Positions 11,801 through 23,524 of a stretch of DNA of 24,090 bases are shown here, in pieces. Each line of letters opens with the position of its first letter. Position 1 is the first letter of the stretch. This DNA comes from Octopus sinensis. Lineage: Eukaryota. The stretch is taken from positions 1 to 24,090 of the forward strand of contig NW_021836464.1 in the NCBI RefSeq assembly GCF_006345805.1, written 5' to 3'. The translations under genes and the position numbers were made by a program. A model generated the notes under the pieces. It was given only the letters and a program-made list of their open reading frames with translations. It did no database searches and had not been told where the DNA came from.

Positions 11801-12005
11801 TGATCGTGCAAATAGAAATCCACTGGTATAGTTCAGAATAATGCTACGTTAGTAAGTAAAAGTAATTCTCTCACTTATAATTGGAGAAATAAATAAGTTA
11901 CTGATATAGGAAGAAGAAGCCGGTATAATTGTCGACGGAAACGTTCAAAAAGCAATGTTAAACGGTCCTCTACACCTGCACGCCTGATGTTGACAACGCC
12001 ATTTT
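8865..12005 (-). mobile_element. Degraded R4/Dong-like non-LTR retrotransposon: 5' region, N-terminal domain and RT; RLE domain missing
   Basis: Minus-strand motifs in order: WTLNPNENLPQCYEKARDDPSIGYKKRLKNYW (~11455-11355), GKASRRDPIVGYWYKRL, ENYRLIAYLNIMY, NEQAGGQKG, KRIFQGDSLS, FFVNDLK, MELDHKKC, FKYLGI (~9450-9433), HNALAEPVLISTFGILDW, RLYLRRDKRGRGLISL (~9185-9137). Many stops and frameshifts. The stretch above 11760 is assigned by inference only. Confidence 0.85.
11503..11760 (-). mobile_element. tRNA-derived SINE with CORE-like domain (head B + tail Y), inserted in the R4-like element
   Basis: Minus head gcgtgtggcttagtggttagg...gtttcgcttcc. Central tgtgttctttagcaaagctcttcatttcacgttgctccagtccactcaactggcaaaaatg resembles the CORE-SINE domain. 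TSD gtacagattttat (11490-11502) and gtacagtttttat (11761-11773). Confidence 0.85.
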
Positions 12006-12012
12006 GTTTGTT

Positions 12013-12077
12013 TGTATGTATGTATGTATGTATGTATGTATGTATGTATGATGTATGTATGTATGTATGTATGTATG

Positions 12078-12109
<32 letters not shown>

Positions 12110-12205
12110 CATGTATGTATGTATGTACGTACGTACGTATGTACGTACGTATGTATGTATGTATGTATGTATGTATATATGTATTATGCGTGTGTATGTA
12201 TGTAC
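12013..12205 (+). repeat. (TATG)n microsatellite
   Basis: Directly visible. Confidence 0.97.
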
Positions 12206-12212
12206 GTTTGAC

Positions 12213-13310
12213 GTTAGTTTTATTTCAAAATTTATTACCAATAAAGAAAGGGTCGGTTTGTAACCTAGATCCAAATCTTCATTGGAATTTCAAGAACATC
12301 AACAAGGTATATACGTATGTATGTATGTATGTATGTATGTATGTATGTATGTATGTATGTATGTATGTATGTATGTATGTATGTATGCATGCATGCATGT
12401 ATGTATGTATGCATGCATGTATGTATGTATGTATGTATGTATGTATGTATGTATGTATGCATCTATGTATGTATGTATGCCTGCATGTATGTATGTATGT
12501 ATGTATGTATGTATATATGTATGTATGTATGTATGTATGTGTGCAGACTTGTATATTTTATTTTATGTATGTATTTTCATACATATAGCAGGATGTCTAA
12601 ACATGCTCATATATACTTAAATAATAAACTTCTTGAAAGTCTTACAGATTTTTACAGTTCCAGTGATGGAGTGGATCTGTAGTCTTCGAATCAGCTTTCT
12701 CCTTTCTGGTTTTGAGAAGCCTAATTTCTCAAGATTGGTATTTAGGCAATGTGTTATATATCCCAGTGCTCCAATAACTACAGGTATAAACCCAAACTTG
12801 TACTCTGGACAGAGTAGCTGTAGATTTCTCAATAGCTCTCTTTTCCCTGATCTTTAGCTTTATGTTATTATCTGCTGGGCAGCTGTTTTCCATAACTTAC
12901 ACAGTATATCTTCTCATCCCAAAATACTCCCAGGTCTATTATACTTACATTTTGCTGAGGTTTCACTGGGACATTTCACAAGTACTCCATTTTATGATGA
13001 GTGGCTTCTATTACACTGTGGGTTCTTATTCATTTGGTCTCGGGGTTTTCTTTTGATGGATCTCATTATATAGTGCCCTAGCTACAACACCATGTCTCAT
13101 CGGTAGATAATATCATGAGGACATTTTCGGACATCTGCTTATGATGCGGGTGATATCTTCGGTGTTAACTCCATGAAGTCTGCATCGGTTATCATATTTT
13201 TCTGCTTTCTTGGATCTCTGTCCCTTTTGGGCATCCAGTATTTGGTTGATATTTCTTGTTCCTGGATTGCAAACGAATACCCTTCAAAGTGGGAGTTAGT
13301 AATCCAGTTG
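12213..13310 (-). mobile_element. 5'-truncated 3' fragment of an R4/Dong-like retrotransposon (zinc knuckle, RLE, 3' UTR)
   Basis: Minus strand: FEGYSFAIQEQEISTKY, NRCRLHGVNTEDITRIISRCPKMSS*YYLPMRH (degenerate CCHC + RH), NRP, IPVVIGALG..LQIHSITGTVKICKTF, stop at 12617. The putative 3' UTR contains a (TACA)n tract and an AATAAA near 12220. Confidence 0.85.
12316..12540 (+). repeat. (TATG)n microsatellite within the putative 3' UTR of the RLE element
   Basis: Directly visible. Confidence 0.97.
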
Positions 13311-13312
13311 TT

Positions 13313-13346
13313 TGTATGTATGTATGTATGTATGTATGTATGTATG

Positions 13347-13377
<31 letters not shown>

Positions 13378-13398
13378 GTGTGTGTGTGTGTGTGTGTG

Positions 13399-13438
<40 letters not shown>

Positions 13439-13450
13439 ATGTGTATGTAT
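13313..13450 (+). repeat. (TATG)n followed by (TG)n microsatellite
   Basis: Directly visible. Confidence 0.97.
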
Positions 13451-13527
13451 ACAGCGAACACAATTTCCGTCTTCCAAATTATACTTACAAGGCTTTCTTC
13501 AAGCCAAGACTTTAGTAAAAGATACTT

Positions 13528-13816
13528 TTTTTTTTCTCGCCCTTTTCAAGCCTAGCCAGGCTCATGTGCCTGGTTTCCCGGTTTCTATGACAAATGTGTT
13601 CCCCCATAGCTGGACGGGACACCATTCCATCGCAGCGTTACTCAAGAAACAGGAAGAGAAAGTGAGAGAGAGTTGTGGTGAAAGAGTGAAACAGGGGTCG
13701 CCACCAACCCCTGCCGGAGCCTCGTGGAGCTTTTAGGTGCTTTCGTTCAATAAACAAACAACGCGATCCTCCGATCGCGAGTCCCCTGCCCTAACCACTG
13801 GGCCATTTCGCCTCCA
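13528..13816 (-). mobile_element. tRNA-derived SINE (head A + tail Y)
   Basis: 13713-13816 matches 1583-1710 (ggagc.tcgtggagcttt.aggtg.tttcg.tcaataaac..ccctaacca), with the B box deleted. 13548-13640 matches 11525-11614 (aagcctagccaggctcatg...ccatcgcagcgtta). TSD taaaagatactt (13516-13527) and taaacgatactt (13817-13828). Confidence 0.85.
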
Positions 13817-14054
13817 TAAACGATACTTATACAAACGGCAAAAGGTCACAGGATTTGGGAGAAGAATTGAATTTATTGCATAGACTGTTCCATTATATAA
13901 CTAGCATTTACTATGCACACCCACTTTACCTTGATTGGATTTCAAATCTGATCACAAACGTACGAAAGAAAATACTGCGAAGCAAAGCACTTACTCCGAG
14001 AACCTTACTCTTTCTAACACTACACCGTCCCTATCATACATACTTAGCTACAAA

Positions 14055-14358
14055 CATATATATATATATACACACACACATACATACATACATAAATACA
14101 TACATACATACATACATACATACATAATACATACATACATACATACATACATGCATACATACTAACATACATGCATACATACATACATACATACATACAT
14201 ACATACACACATACATACATACTTACATAATACATGCATGCATACATACATACATACATGCATACATACACACATACATACATACATACATACTTACATA
14301 CATACATATATAATATACACATCCTTTTATATATATATATATACATATATATAAACAT

Positions 14359-14396
<38 letters not shown>

Positions 14397-14556
14397 AATA
14401 CATTATATATAAATACATATATTATATATAATATATATAATATATATATATAATATATATATATATAATACATATATATATATATATACATGTATATAAA
14501 TACATTATATATAAATACATATATATATACATATATATATATATATATGTAAATAC

Positions 14557-14614
<58 letters not shown>

Positions 14615-14853
14615 CATACGTAAGACTTCAAATGTCTGAATATTTCAGCATTATATATGACATTTGTTTTTGCTTTTTTTGGGTTTTCGAAAAGGTACGA
14701 TATAATTGGCAACCTGCTGTCATAAAATACAATACAATACTTGCAAGTATTTCACTTCTTTGGTTTAAAACGTTACAACCAACGGTAGTTTCTTTTATCG
14801 ACAACTTCGACTAATATTGTGTAGATTCAGCCGCCAGCTGTCTGGTTTTACAG

Positions 14854-14893
<40 letters not shown>

Positions 14894-14993
14894 CACACAT
14901 GCACACACACACACACATGCACACACACATACATGCATATACGCATATACTCATATATGTCTACATATATTATATAAGTGTGAGTGTGCACAG

Positions 14994-15025
<32 letters not shown>

Positions 15026-15197
15026 ATACACATACATATATGTTAAATATGTATTTGTGTATGTATATATGTACGTATATTATAAAAGTACATACGTACA
15101 TACGCGCAAACACACTCATATATATATATATACATATATATATACATGTGTATATATATATGTATATATATATGTATCTTTCTTATCTATATATATG

Positions 15198-15241
<44 letters not shown>

Positions 15242-15308
15242 CATGTGTATATATATATATATTTATACCTATTAGGTGTGTCTGTATGTGCGTATGTGTG
15301 TGTGTGTG
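14055..15308. repeat. Large compound microsatellite fields (CATA/TA 14055-14617; CA/TA/TG 14855-15308)
   Basis: Directly visible. Confidence 0.95.
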
Positions 15309-16199
15309 GATGGGTGTTCTCGAATCGATAAAGCTCGATACTAACACCTTATACTATTCGCTTGATTAGATGGAGTCCTATCGGAAATCTTCCTCTATTA
15401 ATAAATCAATAGTAATGATTTCTTTGAAACGGGCGCTATAGAGTAAGAGGTAAGTTCTGGTAAGCAGAGTCTGTGAACCGGTGAGTAGACCATTCACTTC
15501 ATTTTACTTCATTTCGTTGCCAATGCATTATGTTGGCGTAAATGTCACAAATTATAATTTCTCTCTTTCTTTCTTATAAGACCTTCAGTCAGTTCAAATG
15601 GAACTGATATAAACTGGCTTTCTTTCTTATTGGAAAAGAACCAAGAAACCAGTATTTTACATATGAGAGTGATATAAACTAGTGTATGACTGGGATATGG
15701 TTTAGCCACCCACACAACAGACGAATTCGCTGAAATTTGAAGGGCTGGATATTGTATTGCATACAAGACTGATAAAGTAAATTCACTCATGAGGCCGACA
15801 GCTTCATGAAAGACCTCGGCAACATAGAAGCATATCACCACGAATAGGTTCATGATGTTGCATATCTTATGCTTTTGAGGAATGGGCAGTTGTTATACAA
15901 AACTTGTTCTTGTAACCTATAAACATATTGACATATATCAAAAAAATAATAATAATCTACGCTACACAATACAAAAACAAATACAAGTCTCAAACCAAAC
16001 CTCATAATAAAACATACTGATACAATACAATATATCCACCACCAAAAATGCAGCACGCATCCCTCCACCAGCACAGAGGTGCAACAAATGATGATGCAAT
16101 GGAAAGTTACTTGAAACATTCAGATATCGAAAAATAATAGTGGTGATGGTGATGGTGACAAAAGTTACCCTACCTCAGTTTATGAGAGACAACAATTTC

Positions 16200-19157
16200 C
16201 GAAAAATCTCTGGTTGTAATAGCAAAATTAAGCTGGATCATTAAGGGAAGGCCTCTCGCTCGGTAGTAGTTCAGTAAAGATGCAAACTCACAACAGCTGT
16301 TATCCTAATACAGCACCAGTAGATAATAGAACAATGAGGAGGAAGTGGACCAGCGGAAAAAGCAGGATAGTGAAGCAGTGCTACTTAGAAAGTGAAACTA
16401 AAAGAAGGGGCTATAGAAAACTGGTGTTAAAACTTTGGGTAGAGAAGAGTATGTCTAAGATTAGTTGATCAAGGTAATGCTATTAGAAGAAAGTTGATAA
16501 CAGAACTGGAGGTAGAAGAGATCACAAGAGAACTAGAAAAGAAAGACCTGGCAGTAGGAAAGACAAACAACAACATAAGAGATACTGCTCAAACCAAAGA
16601 AGAAGCTAAAGAAAAAAAACAATAGCCCTACCAATAAGGAAGGACAACTGGCACCAACACCTTAAGTTATTTAAGTGAGGAAGATCAGAAGTTGCAGGAA
16701 GTAAAGAGTAAAGAAGTAGGAAAATGATTGCCAGCATTAAAAGGCACTAACAGAAGGAATCTACTAGAAATGACTAGGAAAGTAGATTATGTTATCAGTA
16801 GGGTAGATACTAAAAATATAGGCGACACTAATTTACTGATCCATGCAGGAGGGGTAGTAGTGACCAGAAAATACCTCACGAGGAAATATTAAAAAGAGCA
16901 AATGTGGAAAAGGAGACTACAAAGTAAAGTGAAGACTTTAAGACAAGATCTGAGTAGAATAGAAGCCTGGAAACTGAACAAGTTAGGAAACGCAAGATGC
17001 AAACCTTCTCTTGAGAAAAGATACTTAGTCAAAGAGAAAGGATTTGGGACAGTAATAGAAGAGAGTTGAAACAGCGTGTCATAACAGTAGCAGGCAAGCT
17101 CTCCAGGTATCAGAAAATAATAAGGCAGTATCAACAGAATAGATTATTTGAGATACACCGGAGGAGATTTTATAACCAAATAAATAGAGGAGAACGAAGT
17201 ACTGAAGACGAGAAACTTAATGCAGAAGTTAGAGAATTCTGGAGTAATATTTGGGATAAGCCAGTCAATCATAATGGGGATGCAGTATGGTTAAAGAAAG
17301 TAAGGGAAGAAGTAGTGAGTGAGAAGTAGCCAGATCTAAGATTAGCTAGTGCATTAATGAATAAAGTGTTATGGAAAATGCTGAATCGGAAGGGCCCAGG
17401 ACCAGATTTAGTTCAAGGTTACTGGCTAATGAAATTTAATAGATTTCATGGGACGCTGAGGGAACAACTTCATGATTGCCTTAATGGAGGAATAATACCA
17501 GATTGGATGGCTAGAGGGAGGACAATACTCATCATGAAAGATAAGAGCAAGAGTAATACAGCTAGCGACTATAGACCACCACTTGCTTACCATTAGTGTT
17601 GACAATCAGAATTTACTACGAGAAGAACAGAAAGGTTGCGGGAAGAAGGCTAGAGAAAGGCATGATCTATTATACATAGACAAAGCAGTTCTAAATGAAG
17701 TAAAAGCTAGAAACAAAAATCTAACAATAGCATGGATAGATTATAGGAAAGCCTATGGCATTACCCCTCACTCATGGATAAGTGAATATTTGAGTATATT
17801 CAGTATAGCAGACAACATAAGACACTTAATTAGCTGTAGCATGAAGAAATGGAAAGTAGATCTCTACTCAGGTGACACACTGTTAAGGAAAGTTAATATC
17901 AAAAGAGGAATTTTTCAGGAGGACTCGTTGTCTCCTTCAATATTTGTCTTATGTTTGACCTCCCTCAGTTTAGTATTAAGGAAGGCAAAACAGAGTATCA
18001 GTTCAGAAATAGTAAAGGAAGAATCAACCATTTGCTTTACATGGTTGATCTGAAGCTTTTAGTAGAAATGAAAAAGCGACAGATTCCTTAATACAGACTG
18101 TAAGACTCTTCAGCAAAGATATAGGCATGGAATTTGGCATAGATAAGTGTGCAATATAAGTCATGAGAAAGGGACAGGTAGTCAACAGCGAATACATCCT
18201 ATTACCAGATGACTAGGCATTAAAATCATTGAAAGGAGGCGAGAGTTATAAGTGTCTAAGAGTATTCGAATCTGACTACCGAAACGAAAACAAAAATCGA
18301 GAAGGATTATAAGCTAGTGACGTCAAAGCTGAATTGTCCGAATGTAGTGAAGGCTATAAATACTCGGGCAGTATCATTACTTGGATACACAGCAGCTTTT
18401 GTAAATTGGACAAAAACTGAATTATCAAAATTAGAAGAACTAGGAAGGAATTCAATATCAATGGGGAACTCCAATCAAGGGCAAGAGTAGCAAGATTATA
18501 CCTAACTAGAAAGGAAGGTGGAAGAGGGTTAATATCAGTAGAGAACTGCGTGGAGTTAGCTAGAGTAGATATAGACTCCTATGTAGGTAGTAGTGAAGAA
18601 AGTTTATTAAAAGTTGCTAGAGTCACTGTAAGACACAGAGAAACCAAAACACCAAACGAACTTAAAAAGAAAAACAAAAAAAGAACATAAATTATCTGAC
18701 TGGCAGGGGAAGGCGTTGCAAGGTAGATTCCCAAAGATAATTCCCTCAAATAGTAGTAGTGGGACATGGTTATGGCTGCAAAAAGGGAAGCTGATGAGGG
18801 AGGAAGTAAGTTTGTTAGTAGCTGCACAAGATCAACCATTAAATACTAATTGGATTAAAGCCAAGATAGATAAAAACTATGTAGATTCCCAATGTAGATT
18901 ATGCAAATCAAAAGAGGAAAGCGTTACTCACATAGTAAGTGAATGTAGCACGCTGGCACAGAAAGAATACAAGAGAAGACATGACAATCTAGGGAAAGTA
19001 ATAGACTGGGAGCTATGTAGAAATCTAGGATTTGAACATACTGACAGATGGTATGAACACGAACTTGGTGAAGTACTAGAAAGTAAGAAATATAGGATGT
19101 TGTGGGATTTTAGCATTCAAACTGACGGAGTAATAGAAGCTAGGAGGCCTGATTTGC

Positions 19158-19205
<48 letters not shown>

Positions 19206-19548
19206 ATAAAGAGAATAAAACGTACGAGATACTTTATAGTCCCAAATGATGTAAAAATTAATATGAGAAGTATAGAAAAATAGCAAAGTACTAGGACCTT
19301 GCTATTGAATTACAGAGACTATAGAAAGTGCGGGTAAAATATATCCCAGTAGTTATAGGTACATTGGGAACTATCCTGAAAGATCTGAACAGATGGATAA
19401 AGGGAATAAGCATAAAACCCAGTTTAGTACAGCTCCAGAAAACAGTGTTGTTAGGAGCAGCTAGGATACTTAGGAGGGTTACTTGTAGTAGCCCGATGTT
19501 AGGATTTTTTCCTTTTCCAACAGTCTAATTTATTGAGTGCATATGAAA
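16200..19548 (+). mobile_element. Near-full-length degraded R4/Dong-like non-LTR retrotransposon (N-terminal domain, RT, CCHC, RLE)
   Basis: Motifs in order: RRKWT..CYLES...RGYRK..W, QQNRLF, KGPGPDLVQGYW, WMARGRTILI, SDYRP, EEQKGC, AWIDYRKAY..PHSWI, RGIFQEDSLSP, INHLLYMVDLKL, GMEFGIDKC, RLYLTRKEGGRGL, AAQDQPLNTN, CRLC..ESVTHIVSEC..KRRHD, LWDFSIQTD..ARRPD, IPVVIGTLG, LQKTVLLGAARILRRV. Numerous stops and frameshifts; the 5' boundary is approximate. Confidence 0.93.
19158..19205 (+). repeat. (GTA)n microsatellite inside the RLE coding region
   Basis: About 15 in-frame GTA codons after RRPDLL. Confidence 0.97.
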
Positions 19549-19637
19549 ATTCTTCTTCTCTTCTTCTTCTTCTTCTTCTTCTTCTTCTTCTTCTTCTTCT
19601 TCTTCTTCTTCTTCTTCTTCTTCTTCTTCTTCTTCTT
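19549..19637 (+). repeat. (TTC)n microsatellite abutting the retrotransposon 3' end
   Basis: Directly visible. Confidence 0.98.
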
Positions 19638-19659
19638 TTCTTTACTTCTTAAATTCCAT

Positions 19660-20080
19660 AGAGATGCTGAAGATAGGACAGACAAAGGAGAAAGGTGGTT
19701 GCAGATGGCTAAAAGTGATTTAAAATCGGTCGGAAACGTAAACCTTAATCTGTACTACTCAAGAACTAATAACATCAAATGCAGAATAGGCTGTAAAGCA
19801 GAAAGCGAGACGTGCAGAATTTGTGGAGAGAATGGGAAGACCGCATGGCATATTACCAGCCAATATACACCACTAGCTCAAAATGAATGTAAGAAGCAGC
19901 ATGGCAACTCAGCAAGGACAGTCCTTGGGCACTTTGATATAAGTATGGGCCTGATAGAGCAGAAAAGTAATACGATCATAAAACCGAAGACATCGAAAAT
20001 GATACAGCAAAGATCCTGTGAGACTTTAATGATTTAGTGTGACATTGACATAGAGAATAGAAAACCAGATGTACTGATAA
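19660..20080 (+). mobile_element. Older 3' fragment of another RLE-type retrotransposon
   Basis: WLQMAKSDLK, RTNNIKCRI, CRICGENGKTAWHITSQYTPLAQNECKKQH, and IENRKPD at ~20049-20070. Confidence 0.75.
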
Positions 20081-20190
20081 CAACCCCAAAGTAACAAAAC
20101 TACGATTGCAATAGGAATATCATTCCTTAAATAGCAGCACTTAAATCAAATTTTCAAGATTGCACTACCTGAGCAGCTTCGAGGTGTAGA

Positions 20191-20512
<322 letters not shown>

Positions 20513-20640
20513 TAGGAGTGACTGTGTGGTAAGTAGGTTGCTTACCAGCTACTGCGTGGCACCTTGGTCAAGTGTCTTCTACTATAACCACGTGAGTGGA
20601 TTTGGTAGACGGAAACTGAAAGAAGCCCGTCGTATATATG

Positions 20641-20673
<33 letters not shown>

Positions 20674-20885
20674 TTGTGTTTGCCCCTCCCCCCCAACATC
20701 GCTTGAAACCGATGCTGGTATGTTTACGTCCCCCTAACTTAGCGGTTCGGCAAAAGAGACCGATAGAATAAGTAAATAAGTACTAGGCTTCCAAAGAATA
20801 AGTGCTGGGGTCGATTTGCTCGACTAAAGGCGGTGCTCCAGCATGGACGCAGTCAAATGACTGAAACAAGTAAAAATGTAAAAGA
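20513..20885 (+). mobile_element. tRNA-derived SINE-like repeat with internal microsatellite, inserted in the TCTA tract
   Basis: Head aggagtgactgtgtggtaagtag...actgcgtggcaccttggtcaagtgtcttctactata matches 23955-24048, with the B-box region deleted. Tail ends ggcggtgctccagcatgg..gactgaaacaagtaaaa. tatctatctatt lies on both flanks. Confidence 0.8.
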
Positions 20886-21027
20886 TTTATCTATCTATTT
20901 ATCTACATACATACATATATATGTGTGTGTGTATGTATATATATACACTATATATATATATATATATATATAAATAGGTGAATGAACTATCCTATGTTTA
21001 TCGTTCGTTCGACTCCATTCTTTCATT

Positions 21028-21122
<95 letters not shown>

Positions 21123-21839
21123 ATATATATATATATATACATACATATACATATATGTATGTATACACACACACGTACATTACATACATGTAAATGATAA
21201 AACTTGCTAAAGTTCCAGCAAGGCAACAACCATATGTTACATGATTAATCCGATTCGAAACCATTAAAAATTATTTCTATGGCGGTACCTGTATATTAGT
21301 TCAGATTATCTTTTTATAAAGCTGTTTATTTAATACGCTGATTTTACGTAACTATACAAATTGCATAAAATGCTTACGGTAATGCAGTGGTTCCCAATGG
21401 ACCATAAAATTTAAAAATTAATGTAATTCTATTTTAACTGTCGTATTTAGTTTGACAGAACTGTATATTTATTTTCTTTCCAAGTTTAAATTTGCTTTGT
21501 GTTTCCTTTAACGGTTCTTAAAGTGTCAAGCATTCCTGTATATATTTTGTACGCTATAGACATTTTTCGACAGAAATAATTAACACCAGTTCAGTGAACA
21601 ATTGTTTCAGAATTTCATTTAAGAGGGTGATGACAGAAATTAATAATATCACAATATCTATATGAGAGATTTCAGAGGTTGTCTTGTGTAGTGAACGACT
21701 GGGGCACGTTACTGTGTGGCTGTAGTAAGACAGAGCGGCTCGGCAACAGCTATTTATATGCAAGATATCTAGTGTGTGTAAGTGACCACTAAATCTACAG
21801 TTTTTTTTTCATTCTTTCTCTGTTTAATTTCTCTTATCC

Positions 21840-21875
21840 TTTTCTGTTGAAGAGCGTAGGCTCGAAACGTAAAGG
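21840..21875 (+). ncRNA. Minimal type I hammerhead ribozyme-like motif (Penelope pLTR type), A6U core variant
   Basis: tttt CTGTTGA a GAGC-gtag-GCTC GAAA cGTA aagg. Shows a CUGANGA-like box, a 4-bp stem II, GAAA, palindromic ACGT stem III, a GUA cleavage triplet and a weak stem I. Confidence 0.6.
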
Positions 21876-21993
21876 CGTAAAATGAAAAACGCTTTTGCGT
21901 TTCGAGCCTACGCTTTTATATATATGTATATGTATATATGTATATGTATATATGTATATGTATATATGTATAGTAGTATATGTATATATGATA

Positions 21994-22054
<61 letters not shown>

Positions 22055-22085
22055 GTATATATAAAACACAACACACACACACATA

Positions 22086-22123
<38 letters not shown>

Positions 22124-22127
22124 GCGA

Positions 22128-22317
22128 CTAGTGTGGTTAGAAGACACCTACATTGCTAGAAATAAGAGCTTAAAAGCTTTAATGCTGTAATTAACGCACA
22201 TGAATCAAAACATATATACTAACAGGGCCCCTAAACGTCCGAAATGTGCCGATCGAGAATTCTTAACGCGTTTGGTCTTATTTCTAGCAATGTAGGTGTT
22301 TCCTAGACACATTTAGT
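22128..22317. repeat. Inverted-repeat element (~190 bp)
   Basis: Perfect 24-bp inverted repeat acacctacattgctagaaataaga (22144-22167) and tcttatttctagcaatgtaggtgt (22276-22299), extending imperfectly outward. Confidence 0.8.
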
Positions 22318-22865
22318 GACAGTTATACTTTTCCTTTTTGGTAAAACATTGCAAACTGCTGTTTATATTAATTTTATGTGTGTGTGTGTGTGTATGTGTG
22401 TGTGCACTCGTATGAGCGTGCACGCCTTTGTATGTGTTTGTGTGTGTATATATATATGTATGTATATATTTATAGATAGCTATGTAGACAAATAGATTTA
22501 GATGCATACGCATATACATACATATATATATATAAATGTGCAATATATATCCATATGCATACACGCACATACATACATACATATACGCGCACACACACAC
22601 ACACACATATATATATACACACATCAACACACGGACACATATGCATGCACACACACACAACACACACACACACACATACACACACCTATATACACAAGTT
22701 TCATACGTTGCTTCGAAAGTATTTAGTCACGCTGTAAATTGTGACGATTAGTAATAATAAAATGTATATAATTCTAGTTTTGAGGTATATTTTTTTGTTT
22801 GTATCATCAAAAACACTCACACATGAATACGTACACACAGACACCCTCCTATATATATAAATATA

Positions 22866-22898
<33 letters not shown>

Positions 22899-23446
22899 AT
22901 ATATATATATGCATATCGATATATAAGGTATAATCCAGGATTCAACTGTAGGAATTCTGTAAGCTTCAAGCAATCTTTGGCAGATATAAATATAATATGT
23001 AACGTCAAAAACCATAACATCGAAGGCAGCACACTTTTTCCGATATCGGAGTCACGAGGAAATTCGGTAAGCTGAAAAGTTTCAGTATAACTCACGGTTA
23101 GCAACTAATGTTACTATGCAAGCGAATAAAAATCAAAATTTAACTAATTAGAACAGATAAAATCCAGGCTAATAGCTAGCTAATAATTACTATTAATAAT
23201 TAATAACTAATAAATACTTAACGAGAGGTGCTCAACTTAGCTAATGATTTCGACTCACATCTACAATGATGTGAGTTAACTTGGCAATCCAAAACGACAA
23301 TGTAGCCTTCGTGTAATTATGGTGCTCTCGGCCTGGCAATTAGCTAATCTGAGCATATCTCCTTAAGTAAATACTACTACATCAGAGGATCAGCTAGTTA
23401 AGAAGCGCACGTAGGCTGCATTTTAACCGTTCCAGTCGCTCAATCT

Positions 23447-23482
<36 letters not shown>

Positions 23483-23487
23483 ACATA

Positions 23488-23524
<37 letters not shown>

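Noticed and set aside
11945-15369. Many YIYI, MYVC and HTYI ORFs (also at 4110-4640 and 20327-22751)
   Set aside because: They are translations of TA, TATG, CA and TCTA microsatellites, with no coding evidence.
15545-16119. Two adjacent minus-strand ORFs, and a plus-strand HEADS..HDV trace near 15788-15860
   Set aside because: No recognisable domain; the HEEAD-like similarity is too short and interrupted by stops to support a call.
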